Both the position numbers and the translations under genes were made by a program. The notes below the pieces were generated by a model. That model was not told where the DNA came from and searched no databases. It saw only the letters and a program-made list of their open reading frames with translations. Source: an uncultured Candidatus Rokubacteria bacterium (GTDB taxonomy: Bacteria > Methylomirabilota > Methylomirabilia > Rokubacteriales > CSP1-6). From it: a stretch of 64,000 nt of DNA. Numbering within the stretch: the stretch's first letter is position 1; each line of letters begins with the position of its first letter. Positions 11,461 to 19,745 of this stretch are shown one piece after another. The stretch lies in contig CAVZOE010000007.1 in NCBI GenBank assembly GCA_963776725.1, positions 127,592 through 191,591 on the forward strand, given 5' to 3'.

Positions 11461-12371
11461 GCGCTCACCGCCGGCACGATGCCCCGCGGCAGGAAGTAGA
11501 CGAGGAGCACGAGCAGCACGCCGTAGGCCAGCAGCTGCCACTGCCAGGCCATCGCCTCGCGGAGGGCCTCGGGAAGGACCGTGAAGAGCAGCGCGCCGAC
11601 CACGGGGCCGAGCAGCGTACCTTTCCCGCCGGCGACGACCATGATGACCATCGTCACCGTGTAGGAGAACAGGAAGACCTCGGGGCTGACGAAGCGCGTG
11701 TAGTGCGCGTAGAGGCTGCCCGCCACCCCGGCCATGGCCGCGCTGACGACGGCGGCCAGCACCAGCGTGTGCGTGGGGTCGACGCCGACCGACTCGGCCA
11801 GCGCCTCGTTCTCGCGGAGCGCGAGGAAGGCGCGGCCCAGCCGCGAGCTCACGAGTCGATGGCAGACCAGGTACGCGGCGCCGGCGGCGATCAGCACCAG
11901 GTAGTAGTACGCGGGCTTCGTCCGCAAGCTGAGGCTGGCCAGCGAGGGCGCCGGCACGCCGGGCAGGCCGAGCGGGCCGTTGGTGAGATCCATCCAGTTC
12001 ACGCTCACCAGCGAGATCACGCCGGCGAAGCTGATGGTGACCAGCACGAAGTACGCGCCGCGGACCTTGAGGGCCAGGCGGCCGATCGCCCATCCGGCCA
12101 GGCCGGCGGTCAGCGCGGCCGCCGGCAGACCGAGCCAGAACGACCACTCCAGGCGAAGCGTGAGCAGCGCGGAGGTGTAGGCGCCGATGCCGAAGAAGGC
12201 CGCGTGGCCGAGCGAGAGCTGGCCGGTGTAGCCGAGCAGCAGGTTCAGGCTGAGCGCCAGGATCGTGAAGATCCCGGCCATGATCGCGACGTGCAGGTGA
12301 TAGGGGCTGCCGAGCCAGAAGGGCAGCGTGAGCAGCGCGAGCGCCGCGAGGACCGCGCCGCCGGCTCTCAC
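11448..12371 (-). CDS. livM: Branched-chain amino-acid ABC transporter permease, LivM.
   Basis: Hydrophobic LivM-like sequence (LSLGHAAFFGIGAYTSALL...). GTG start overlaps the livH stop (GTGA). Confidence 0.75.
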   Translation of the reverse strand: MRAGGAVLAALALLTLPFWLGSPYHLHVAIMAGIFTILALSLNLLLGYTGQLSLGHAAFFGIGAYTSALLTLRLEWSFWLGLPAAALTAGLAGWAIGRLALKVRGAYFVLVTISFAGVISLVSVNWMDLTNGPLGLPGVPAPSLASLSLRTKPAYYYLVLIAAGAAYLVCHRLVSSRLGRAFLALRENEALAESVGVDPTHTLVLAAVVSAAMAGVAGSLYAHYTRFVSPEVFLFSYTVTMVIMVVAGGKGTLLGPVVGALLFTVLPEALREAMAWQWQLLAYGVLLVLLVYFLPRGIVPAVSAWRR

Positions 12372-13216
12372 CCGATTCGTTCGGCGCGCGCGAAGAGGCC
12401 GGAGGGCCGCAGCAGCAACACGGCGATGATGATGACGAAGCCCACCGCGTCGCGGTACCCGGAGGAGACGTAGCCGGCGCCCAGCTCCTCGGCCACGCCC
12501 AGGATCAGGCCGCCGAGCGTGGCGCCCGGCAGGTTGCCGAGGCCGCCGAGGATCACGACCGAGAAGGCCTTGAGCGAGGCCAGGTCGCCCATCGACGGAT
12601 AGGCGAGGAACACCGGGCCCAGCAAGGCACCGGCGGCGGCGGCGAGCGCCGAGCCGAACGCGAACGTCACGGTGTGAATGCGCCCGATCGGCACACCCAT
12701 GAGCGCGGCCGTCTCGCGGTCCTGGAAGGTCGCCCGCATCGCCCGCCCCAGCCGCGTGCGCTGGATGAGCAGCCAGGACGCCGCGATCAGCGCCAGCGCG
12801 GTCACCACCACGAACACCCGCAGCGGCGCGATGCTGATCGGCCCCAGGGTGAAGGGCGCGGTGGGGAACGGATGGGGGATGGACTTGGCGACACCGCCCC
12901 ACACCAGCAGCTCGCCGTTCTGCAGCGCGATCCAGAGGCCGATCATGACCAGCATGGTCGTGTCGATCGACTGGCCGCGCAGCGGCGCCAGCAGCACGCG
13001 CTCGCACAGCGCGCCCGCCAGCGCGCCCAGCCCGATCGCCACGGCGAGGGCGGCGAAGAAGTTGAGGCCGCTCACCGCCAGCGCGGCGAAGGTCAGGTAG
13101 GCCCCGAGCGTGTAGAACTCACCGTGGGCGAAGTTGACCAGGTTCATGAGACCGAAGATCAGGGTGAGGCCGATGCCGAGCAGCGCATACGTGCCGCCCA
13201 GCACCAGGCCATTCAC
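12368..13216 (-). CDS. livH: Branched-chain amino-acid ABC transporter permease, LivH.
   Basis: LivH-like translation (NGLVLGGTYALLGIGLTLIFGLMNLVNFAHGEF...). The exact start is slightly uncertain: a non-ATG start lies a few codons upstream. Confidence 0.75.
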   Translation of the reverse strand: MNGLVLGGTYALLGIGLTLIFGLMNLVNFAHGEFYTLGAYLTFAALAVSGLNFFAALAVAIGLGALAGALCERVLLAPLRGQSIDTTMLVMIGLWIALQNGELLVWGGVAKSIPHPFPTAPFTLGPISIAPLRVFVVVTALALIAASWLLIQRTRLGRAMRATFQDRETAALMGVPIGRIHTVTFAFGSALAAAAGALLGPVFLAYPSMGDLASLKAFSVVILGGLGNLPGATLGGLILGVAEELGAGYVSSGYRDAVGFVIIIAVLLLRPSGLFARAERIG

Positions 13217-13247
13217 CAGGTGCTGCAGAAACGCGTCCAGGATTAGC

Positions 13248-14420
13248 TCACTTCTTGGCGAGGAAGTCCGGCAGGGCGACCTTGCCGTCCTTGATCTGGA
13301 CGACGAAGATCGAGGGCTTGCTCTGGCCGCTCTCCTTGCCGGCGGGGCCGTCCTTGTCGAACTTGATGGGGCCGTTCACGCCGGTGAAGGAGACTTTCCA
13401 CAGCGCCTCCTGGATGGCCTTGGGCTCGTCCTTGCCGGCGATCTTCACGGCCTCGACGATGGTGGCGATGCCGTCGTGGCCGCGGAAGCCCTCGGTGAGC
13501 CCCTCGAACGGATTGCCGCGCTTGGCCCACTCGTCGACGAAGGCCTTGGCCAGCTTGCCGTCCGGCATCGCCTCGGGGAACCACGGCATGAAGAACACGA
13601 TGTGATAGCTGCCCTCGGCCGCCGCGCCCGCCTGCTTGATGAGCTGGGTCGGCGACGACGAGCCGCCGGTGGTGACGACCTTGCGCGTGAGGCGCTGCTC
13701 CTGCGCCTGCTTGAGCACGAGCGTGATCTGCTCCACCGCGGTGGTGAGGAACAGCGTGTCACCGCCGGTCGACTTGATCTTGGTGATCTGGGCGTTCATG
13801 TCGGTGGCCGACTGCTCCATCAGCTCGGCGACCCCGACCTCCACGCCCTTCTTCTTGAGCATGTCGCCGAAGGCCTGGATCGAGCCGCGGCCCCAGTCGG
13901 TGTTGACGGCGAGGAAGTCGACCTTCTTGGCGCCGAGCTTGTCGACGTACTGCTCGAGGCCGAGCGCTTCCATCTCGCTGGGCGGGCTGATGCGGAAGAT
14001 CCACGGGTTGCCGCGCTTGGTGACCGAGGCGGCGCTGGACGTCTCCACCACCATCGGCACGCCGTACTCCTCCAGCTTCGGCATGGCGGCCAGCGTCATC
14101 GAGGAGCCCCAGGCGCCCATGATGGCCGGCACCTTGTCGCGCACGATCAGCTTCTCCGCGGCGCTGGCGGCCTCCTTGGGGTCGGACTTGTTGTCCTCGA
14201 TGACCAGCTCGATCTTCCGGCCGTTCACGCCACCCTTGGCGTTGATCCAGTCGCGGGCGATCTCCGCGCCCATGCGGACGTAGTTGCCGGATGCCGCCAC
14301 CGACCCCGAGAGCGGCTCGATGACGCCGATCTTGATCGGGGCCTGGGCGAAGCCGGCCGGCGCCAGGAGCGCGCCGACGACGAGAACGGCGAGAAGCAGT
14401 GACCACTGACGCTTGAACAT
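13248..14420 (-). CDS. livK: Branched-chain amino-acid ABC transporter substrate-binding protein, LivK/LivJ family, with signal peptide.
   Basis: Signal peptide MFKRQWSLLLAVLVVGALLAPAGFA followed by a periplasmic binding protein type I fold. ATG at 14420-14418 with GGAGG RBS. Confidence 0.85.
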   Translation of the reverse strand: MFKRQWSLLLAVLVVGALLAPAGFAQAPIKIGVIEPLSGSVAASGNYVRMGAEIARDWINAKGGVNGRKIELVIEDNKSDPKEAASAAEKLIVRDKVPAIMGAWGSSMTLAAMPKLEEYGVPMVVETSSAASVTKRGNPWIFRISPPSEMEALGLEQYVDKLGAKKVDFLAVNTDWGRGSIQAFGDMLKKKGVEVGVAELMEQSATDMNAQITKIKSTGGDTLFLTTAVEQITLVLKQAQEQRLTRKVVTTGGSSSPTQLIKQAGAAAEGSYHIVFFMPWFPEAMPDGKLAKAFVDEWAKRGNPFEGLTEGFRGHDGIATIVEAVKIAGKDEPKAIQEALWKVSFTGVNGPIKFDKDGPAGKESGQSKPSIFVVQIKDGKVALPDFLAKK

Positions 14421-14547
14421 TCGTGACCTCCATCGGAGCAAGTGTGCCTGTGCCTTGGCGGCAGGGCGGCTCGGCGTCGAGATCATAGCAGGCGGCAAGC
14501 GCTTTGCAGCCTCCAAGCCTGGTGCGCTGTCTTTGAAGGAGGACTGC

Positions 14548-15192
14548 ATGGTGCGTGGGAAAACCAAGGCCTACAAAGAGCAATCGTTCGACAACCTCCG
14601 GGGGCTGGACGGCATCTCGGAAGACCAGATTTCCGAGCACCTGAAGCTCTACGCCGGCTACGTCAAGCAGGTGAATTCGTTGAACCAGGAGCTTGCCGAG
14701 ATGATGGGCAAGGGGAAAGCCTCGGGCAAGGACCCCGCGTTCGCCGAGCTGACCCGGCGCCTGGGCTTCGAGTACAACGGCATGATCCTGCACGAGTACT
14801 ACTTCTCGAATCTCCGGAAGGCGGGGGACCCGACGCCGCCCACCGGCTCGGGAGTGGGGCAGGCGCTGGGCGAGGCGTTCGGCTCGGTCGACACCTGGAA
14901 GACCGACTTCCAGGCGATGGGTGACATGCGCGGTATCGGCTGGGTCATCCTGTTCCAGGATCCGGCCACGGACCGGCTCACCAACCACTGGATCACCTTG
15001 CACCAGGACGGCGTGCCGGCCGGCTTCAAGCCGCTGCTGGTCATGGACGTGTGGGAGCACGCGTTCATGCGCGACTACAAGGCCACCGAGAAGGCCAAGT
15101 ACGTCGAGGCGTTCTTCCGCAACATCGACTGGCAGATCGTGGAGCGCCGGCTCCAGGAGCACTCCGCCGTTCGTCCGGCCGCGGCCGCGTGA
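14548..15192 (+). CDS. Fe/Mn-type superoxide dismutase-like protein with a divergent N-terminus.
   Basis: DVWEHAFMRDY motif (matching the SOD DxWEHAYY signature) and LHEYYF. ATG 14548 with GAAGGAGGA RBS. Confidence 0.7.
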   Translation: MVRGKTKAYKEQSFDNLRGLDGISEDQISEHLKLYAGYVKQVNSLNQELAEMMGKGKASGKDPAFAELTRRLGFEYNGMILHEYYFSNLRKAGDPTPPTGSGVGQALGEAFGSVDTWKTDFQAMGDMRGIGWVILFQDPATDRLTNHWITLHQDGVPAGFKPLLVMDVWEHAFMRDYKATEKAKYVEAFFRNIDWQIVERRLQEHSAVRPAAAA

Positions 15193-15218
15193 GCGTGCGC
15201 ACCTCGGGGAGCGCGGCG

Positions 15219-15839
15219 ATGGCGAGTGTCGTCGCCGCGCTCGTCGTGACAATGCTGGCGGGCTGCTCGCTGGCCGGGCGCACGGTCGGCACCTTCGTCG
15301 ACGACAAGACGCTCACCGCCGCCGTCAAGCTTCACATCGCCGGCCAGCATCCGAGCGCGATCAAGCGCGTGAACGTGGACGTCTTCGAGGGCACTGTCTA
15401 CCTGTCGGGCTTCGTCGAGCGCGCCATCGAGAAGTCGGATGCCGAGATCGCGGCCCGCCGGACAGACGGCGTCAAGCAGGTCGTGAACGATCTCGTGGTC
15501 CGTGGCGACGGAGACACGGCCGCCGCGGCTCCCGCGGCGTCGTCGCCGCGGCGGACTCCGGTCCGGCCGGCGATCCCGGGCGTGACCCGGGTCGCCCCGG
15601 CGTGGCCGGGCGGGCCCGACCACGCCTTCGACAAGGACGGGCGCGTGGTGGCCACCATCTATACCGTCTCGGCCCAGGACCTGGCCGAGTCCGATATCCG
15701 GAACCTGCCCACCGACGGACGTCTGATCGACCACGTGTCCGTGTATGCGCTGGTCAACCGCGGGGTGGTGCCGGGTCCGCGCTACGCCGTGGTGCTGTGG
15801 CACGTGAACGAGGCGGCCGCGGCGGCTTTGTTGCGCTGA
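15219..15839 (+). CDS. BON-domain (OsmY-like) putative lipoprotein.
   Basis: Lipobox signal MASVVAALVVTMLAGC. A BON-like segment follows (DDKTLTAAVKLHIAGQHP...VYLSGFV). A GTG start at 15189 is also possible. Confidence 0.55.
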   Translation: MASVVAALVVTMLAGCSLAGRTVGTFVDDKTLTAAVKLHIAGQHPSAIKRVNVDVFEGTVYLSGFVERAIEKSDAEIAARRTDGVKQVVNDLVVRGDGDTAAAAPAASSPRRTPVRPAIPGVTRVAPAWPGGPDHAFDKDGRVVATIYTVSAQDLAESDIRNLPTDGRLIDHVSVYALVNRGVVPGPRYAVVLWHVNEAAAAALLR

Positions 15840-15869
15840 GCCCTCAGCCGGGCTGGGTATACTGGATCC

Positions 15870-16339
15870 GTGATGCGCTCGCTGATCGTGACGGTGATCC
15901 TGCTCGGCGTGGCCGTGGCGCCTGCGCTCGGGCCGCGAGCCGCATCGGACCGCCGAGGAGGCCCGCGCGCGCATGGAGTATCACCTGCGCGAGGTCAACC
16001 AGCTCGCCCAGCATTTCGAGGGCGTCCTCAAGACCGACTGCCCGCAGTTCGACTCGTCCGGCGCAGTGGACGACCTATCTCGACGGCGAGGTGGAGCGCG
16101 TCGTCACGCTCATGGCGCACCTCGAGCAGGCGTGGGTGGAGGCCAAGGCCACCGGCGACGACGACGTCCGGCGCGATGCGAAGGCGCCTCGCAAGCGGGT
16201 GGACCAGGCCCGCGCGCTGCTCGACAAGCTGCAGGGCTGCGCCAGCGGCAACGGCGCGCCGATCTCGCAGCAGGCGCTCTGGCGGCGGATCGAGCGCGAA
16301 CTCCCGCAGCGTCAGGCCGAGATCGCCCTGCCGCAGTAG
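15870..16339 (+). pseudogene. Small secreted hypothetical protein with two apparent frameshifts.
   Basis: A signal-peptide frame (MMRSLIVTVILLGVAVAPALG) continues in two other frames (MEYHLREVNQLAQHFEG..., ...TYLDGEVERVVTLMAHLEQAWVEAK...). Stop at 16337-16339. Confidence 0.45.
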
Positions 16340-16373
16340 ACGACGCCGGCCCGGCTGGGGTATCGTCCCGGCC

Positions 16374-17168
16374 ATGGCCAAGAACCCCTTCTCGCTCGAA
16401 GGCAAGACCGCCATCGTCACCGGCGGCGGCACCGGCATCGGCAAGTCCATCGCGATCGAGTTCGCGCGCGCCGGCGCCGACGTCGCCATCTGCAGCCGCA
16501 AGCTGGAGCACCTGGAGCCCGTCAGCAAGGCCATCCACGACCTCGGCAAGCGCACGTTCGCCGTGGCGGTCGACGTCCGACAGGAGGATCAGGTCAAGGC
16601 GATGGTCGAGCGCGCCGTCGCCGACTGGGGCCGGCTCGACGTCATGGTCAACAACGCCGGCGCGTCGTTTCGCGCCAAGCCGGAAGACATCTCGGTGAAC
16701 GGCTGGAACACGGTGGTGGGCATCAACCTCACCGGCGCGTTCCTGGGCTGCAAGTGGGCCGGCCGGCAGATGATGGCGCAGAAGACGGGCGGCGTGATCA
16801 TCAACATCTCGTCGGTCGCCGGCGTCTACGGCTCGACGATGATGTCGCACTACGGCGCCTCCAAGTCCGCCGTGATCACGCTCACGCGCGAGCTCGGCTC
16901 GGCGTGGGGCCGCCAGGGCGTGCGCGTCAACTGCATCGCGCCCGGTCCGGTGGAGACCGAAGGCTATCTGGACGTGCTCAAGCAGGCGGGCCCCGACGGC
17001 AAGAAGACCTACGACGCGGTGGCCGCGCGTGTGGGCATGGGCCGCTGGGGCAAGGTCGAGGAGATCGCGTATCCCTGCATCTTCCTGGCTTCGGACGCGT
17101 CGTCGTGGATGACCGGCGAGACGATCGTCATCGACGGAGGTCCTTCGGCGCGCGAAATGGAGGGGTAG
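16374..17168 (+). CDS. SDR-family oxidoreductase, FabG-like short-chain dehydrogenase.
   Basis: TGGGTGIGKSIA Rossmann motif, NNAG, and catalytic S...YxxxK (SHYGASK). Confidence 0.85.
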   Translation: MAKNPFSLEGKTAIVTGGGTGIGKSIAIEFARAGADVAICSRKLEHLEPVSKAIHDLGKRTFAVAVDVRQEDQVKAMVERAVADWGRLDVMVNNAGASFRAKPEDISVNGWNTVVGINLTGAFLGCKWAGRQMMAQKTGGVIINISSVAGVYGSTMMSHYGASKSAVITLTRELGSAWGRQGVRVNCIAPGPVETEGYLDVLKQAGPDGKKTYDAVAARVGMGRWGKVEEIAYPCIFLASDASSWMTGETIVIDGGPSAREMEG

Positions 17169-17409
17169 GCATGCACCTGCCTGAAGGCACGGGGCTGGCA
17201 GCGCGAAAGCGCCAGCACCACCCAGCCTCCGGCCGGGCATTTCCGTGGCCAGGAGAACGAGGGCCCGGTGGCGCTCGGCACCGTCCCCCCGCAGCCCCGG
17301 TAGCCTCATCGGAGCTGGTGCAAGAGCTTCAATCCACCCCGGTGGCACCGCGCTCGCAGCGCTGATCCCGTCTGCGCGCCCGCAGAGGTGTGCGGAAGGA
17401 GGAAAGCCC

Positions 17410-17880
17410 ATGGCGACGCGGAAGACTGCGCGTAAGAGCGACGAGAAGAACCAGGTGAAGGACGTGATGGTCGATGACGTTCTGACAATCGAATCGACGG
17501 CGACGATGCTCGACGCGGCCGAGCGGATGCGTGATGCCAACATCGGCATGCTGCCGGTGATGGAGGACGGCGTCCTCCGCGGTGTCGTGACGGATCGCGA
17601 CCTGGTCGTGCGAGGGATGGGCCGCGACATGCGGCCATCCGAGGTCCAGGTGGTCGACTGCATCACCGAGCCGGCGCGCTATGCCGAGCCGGAGTGGACC
17701 CTTGACGACGCGATGGTGGAGATGGCGCGCCAGCACGTGGGGCGCCTGCCCGTCATCGATGCGGCCGGCAAGATCATCGGGGTCGTGACGCTGAGCTCGC
17801 TGGCTCTCCGATCGAGCCGCCGGGACGACACGCTGGAGACAGCGCGCGAGGTGTCACGCCGATCCTCGCGGATCGCGTGA
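17410..17880 (+). CDS. CBS-domain pair protein.
   Basis: Two CBS-like repeats (VKDVMVDDVLTI...; IGMLPVMEDGVLRGVVTDRDL; GRLPVIDAAGKIIGVVTLSSL). ATG 17410 with GGAAGGAGGAAA RBS. Confidence 0.75.
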   Translation: MATRKTARKSDEKNQVKDVMVDDVLTIESTATMLDAAERMRDANIGMLPVMEDGVLRGVVTDRDLVVRGMGRDMRPSEVQVVDCITEPARYAEPEWTLDDAMVEMARQHVGRLPVIDAAGKIIGVVTLSSLALRSSRRDDTLETAREVSRRSSRIA

Positions 17881-17890
17881 GGTGATCGAG

Positions 17891-18043
17891 ATGATTCGTA
17901 AGCTGTCGTCCGGCGGCTACCGGCTGTACTCACGCAAGGCCAACCCCAAGACCGGCCGCCGGCGCAATCTCGGGACGTTCTCGAGCCGGGCGGCTGCCGA
18001 GCGGCACGAGCGAGCGGTGCAGTACTTCAAGCGGGCGAGCTGA
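17891..18043 (+). CDS. Small basic 50-aa protein (MIRKLSSGGYRLYSRKANPKTGRRRNLGTFSSRAAAERHERAVQYFKRAS), not in the supplied ORF track.
   Basis: ATG 17891 preceded by GAGGTGA. In-frame TGA at 18041-18043. Strongly basic, with clean gene context. Confidence 0.45.
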   Translation: MIRKLSSGGYRLYSRKANPKTGRRRNLGTFSSRAAAERHERAVQYFKRAS

Positions 18044-18077
18044 GAATTCGCGCGGCTGCTGAGTGAGGAATCGGCTC

Positions 18078-18401
18078 ATGAACCGGCGACGGACGACGGC
18101 ATCGAAGAACCGGCGACCGAGCAGGGGCCGACGCTGGGTTCGCAGGGTCCAGCAGACCTCCAACGCCATGGACCTGCCGGCCGGGATCTTCACTCGGCGG
18201 CCGCGCGGCATCGCCCAGGGCCTCAAGCGCGCCGTCGCGCGGAGCGATCGGAAGAAGGCGCGGACCGATTTCCAGTCCGCCATGTCGATGCTGACCTATC
18301 ATGTCAACCGGAGCGGTCGGACGCTGTCCCGCGCCGACCGCGCCCGGTTCGACGCCGCCAAGCGCGAGCTGCGCAAGGCGTTCGGGCGGCCGGCGGCCTA
18401 G
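18078..18401 (+). CDS. DUF3175-like small protein.
   Basis: Translation ...MDLPAGIFT...SAMSMLTYHVNRSGRTL...FDAAKRELRKAFG resembles the DUF3175 family. Start is taken as ATG 18078. Confidence 0.45.
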   Translation: MNRRRTTASKNRRPSRGRRWVRRVQQTSNAMDLPAGIFTRRPRGIAQGLKRAVARSDRKKARTDFQSAMSMLTYHVNRSGRTLSRADRARFDAAKRELRKAFGRPAA

Positions 18402-18462
18402 CCAGAGCAGGTCTGGACGGGCGGCAGGTCCTTGGGTACTATCAACCCTCGCGTCGCCGCGT

Positions 18463-18540
18463 GGTGACCGTAGCTCAATTGGTTAGAGCACTGGCCTGTG
18501 GAGCCGGGGGTTGTGGGTTCGATTCCCATCGGTCACCCCA
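18463..18540 (+). tRNA. tRNA-His (anticodon GTG) with G-1 and an encoded CCA.
   Basis: Manual cloverleaf: acceptor GTGACCG/CGGTCAC, anticodon loop CTGTGGA, T-loop TTCGATT, 3' CCCA. Confidence 0.85.
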
Positions 18541-18563
18541 ACCGAAACGGAGGGTCGTGGCGG

Positions 18564-18640
18564 GCGCCCGTAGCTCAGTTGGATAGAGCGTTGGCCTCCG
18601 AAGCCAAAGGCCAGAGGTTCGATTCCTCTCGGGCGCACCA
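18564..18640 (+). tRNA. tRNA-Arg (anticodon CCG).
   Basis: Near-identical in outline to E. coli tRNA-Arg(CCG): GCGCCCGTAGCTCAGTTGGATAGAGCG...CTCCGAA...GGTTCGATTCC...CGGGCGCACCA. Confidence 0.85.
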
Positions 18641-18658
18641 CTGGATGGAGCAGGTGTT

Positions 18659-18734
<76 letters not shown>

Positions 18735-18884
18735 ACACGATCGGCCACTTCCGGAGCATCGGGAGTGGCCGATTTGCTTTTGGGGCCCGACCGGTCCTTC
18801 GTAAACACCCCACCGGAGTGGTCTGGCCATTCCGGTTGATCGGGAGTCGCACCCGCCACTACGCTCCACTCTCAGGATAGTGAC

Positions 18885-19682
18885 GTGATTGCCCTCGTAC
18901 GTGGCGTTGGTGACGTCGGATCCGCGGTGGCGCATCGCCTGTTTCAAGAAGGCTACGCCGTGGTGATCCACGACGACCCGAGGCCGACCACCAGCCGGCG
19001 CGGCATGGCGTTCACCGATGCCGTGTTCGATGGTCGTGCGACCCTCGATGGCCTATGCGCGCTGCTCGCCGAAGATGTGGAGGCCATGCGCCGACTGGTC
19101 ATCGAGCGTGAGGCCGTTGCCGTGTACGTCCAGGCGATGGCGCCACTTCTTGCCGCGCTCACGCCTGATGTTCTTGTCGATGCTCGCATGAGGAAGCACC
19201 TCGCTCCCGAAGGTCAGCGGGGCCTTGCCCCCCTGACCATCGCCCTCGGTCCCGGCTTCGTGGCGGGGCGCCACGCCGATGTGGTGATCGAGACAAGCTG
19301 GGATGATCTGGGTCGGGTGATCACCGAGGGTGGATCACTGCCCCTGTCCGGTGAACCCCGCGAAATCGACGGTCACGCTCGCGACCGATATGTCTATGCC
19401 CCCATCGCGGGTGTGTTCCGAACACAATCGCGAATCGGGGACACGGTCCGGCAAGGGCAAGAAGTGGCGCGGATCGATTCCACGGCTCTGACCGCGCCTC
19501 TCGACGGCGTCCTCCGGGGCCTGACCCGCGACGCGGTGCCGGTGACGGTGCGGACCAAGGTCATCGAGGTCGATCCTCGCGGGTGCGTGAGCGCGGTGCA
19601 CGGCATCGTGGAGCGACCTCGCCGCATTGCCGACGGTGTTCTGGCGGCGATTCGCGCGTGGCACAAGACGATCAAACAGTAG
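18885..19682 (+). CDS. yqeB: YqeB-family protein (selenium-dependent molybdenum hydroxylase system / XdhC-like Rossmann protein).
   Basis: N-terminus MIALVRGVGDVGSAVAHRLFQEGYAVVIHDDPRP... resembles TIGR03309 YqeB. GTG start at 18885. Confidence 0.55.
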   Translation: MIALVRGVGDVGSAVAHRLFQEGYAVVIHDDPRPTTSRRGMAFTDAVFDGRATLDGLCALLAEDVEAMRRLVIEREAVAVYVQAMAPLLAALTPDVLVDARMRKHLAPEGQRGLAPLTIALGPGFVAGRHADVVIETSWDDLGRVITEGGSLPLSGEPREIDGHARDRYVYAPIAGVFRTQSRIGDTVRQGQEVARIDSTALTAPLDGVLRGLTRDAVPVTVRTKVIEVDPRGCVSAVHGIVERPRRIADGVLAAIRAWHKTIKQ

Positions 19683-19686
19683 CCGA

Positions 19687-19717
19687 CACGTGAACGATCG
19701 TCGCAATCGTTCACGTG
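19687..19717. terminator. Bidirectional rho-independent terminator hairpin between convergent yqeB and AOR.
   Basis: Inverted repeat CACGTGAACGATCG...CAATCGTTCACGTG. Confidence 0.5.
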
Positions 19718-19745
19718 CTGGCGCGACAGGCGTGCGCGACGCCGC

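Noticed and set aside
14921-16339. 472-aa plus-strand ORF overlapping the SOD, BON and hypothetical genes.
   Set aside because: Only its last roughly 90 codons are coding (the C-terminus of the small secreted protein). The rest is an alternative frame of real genes.
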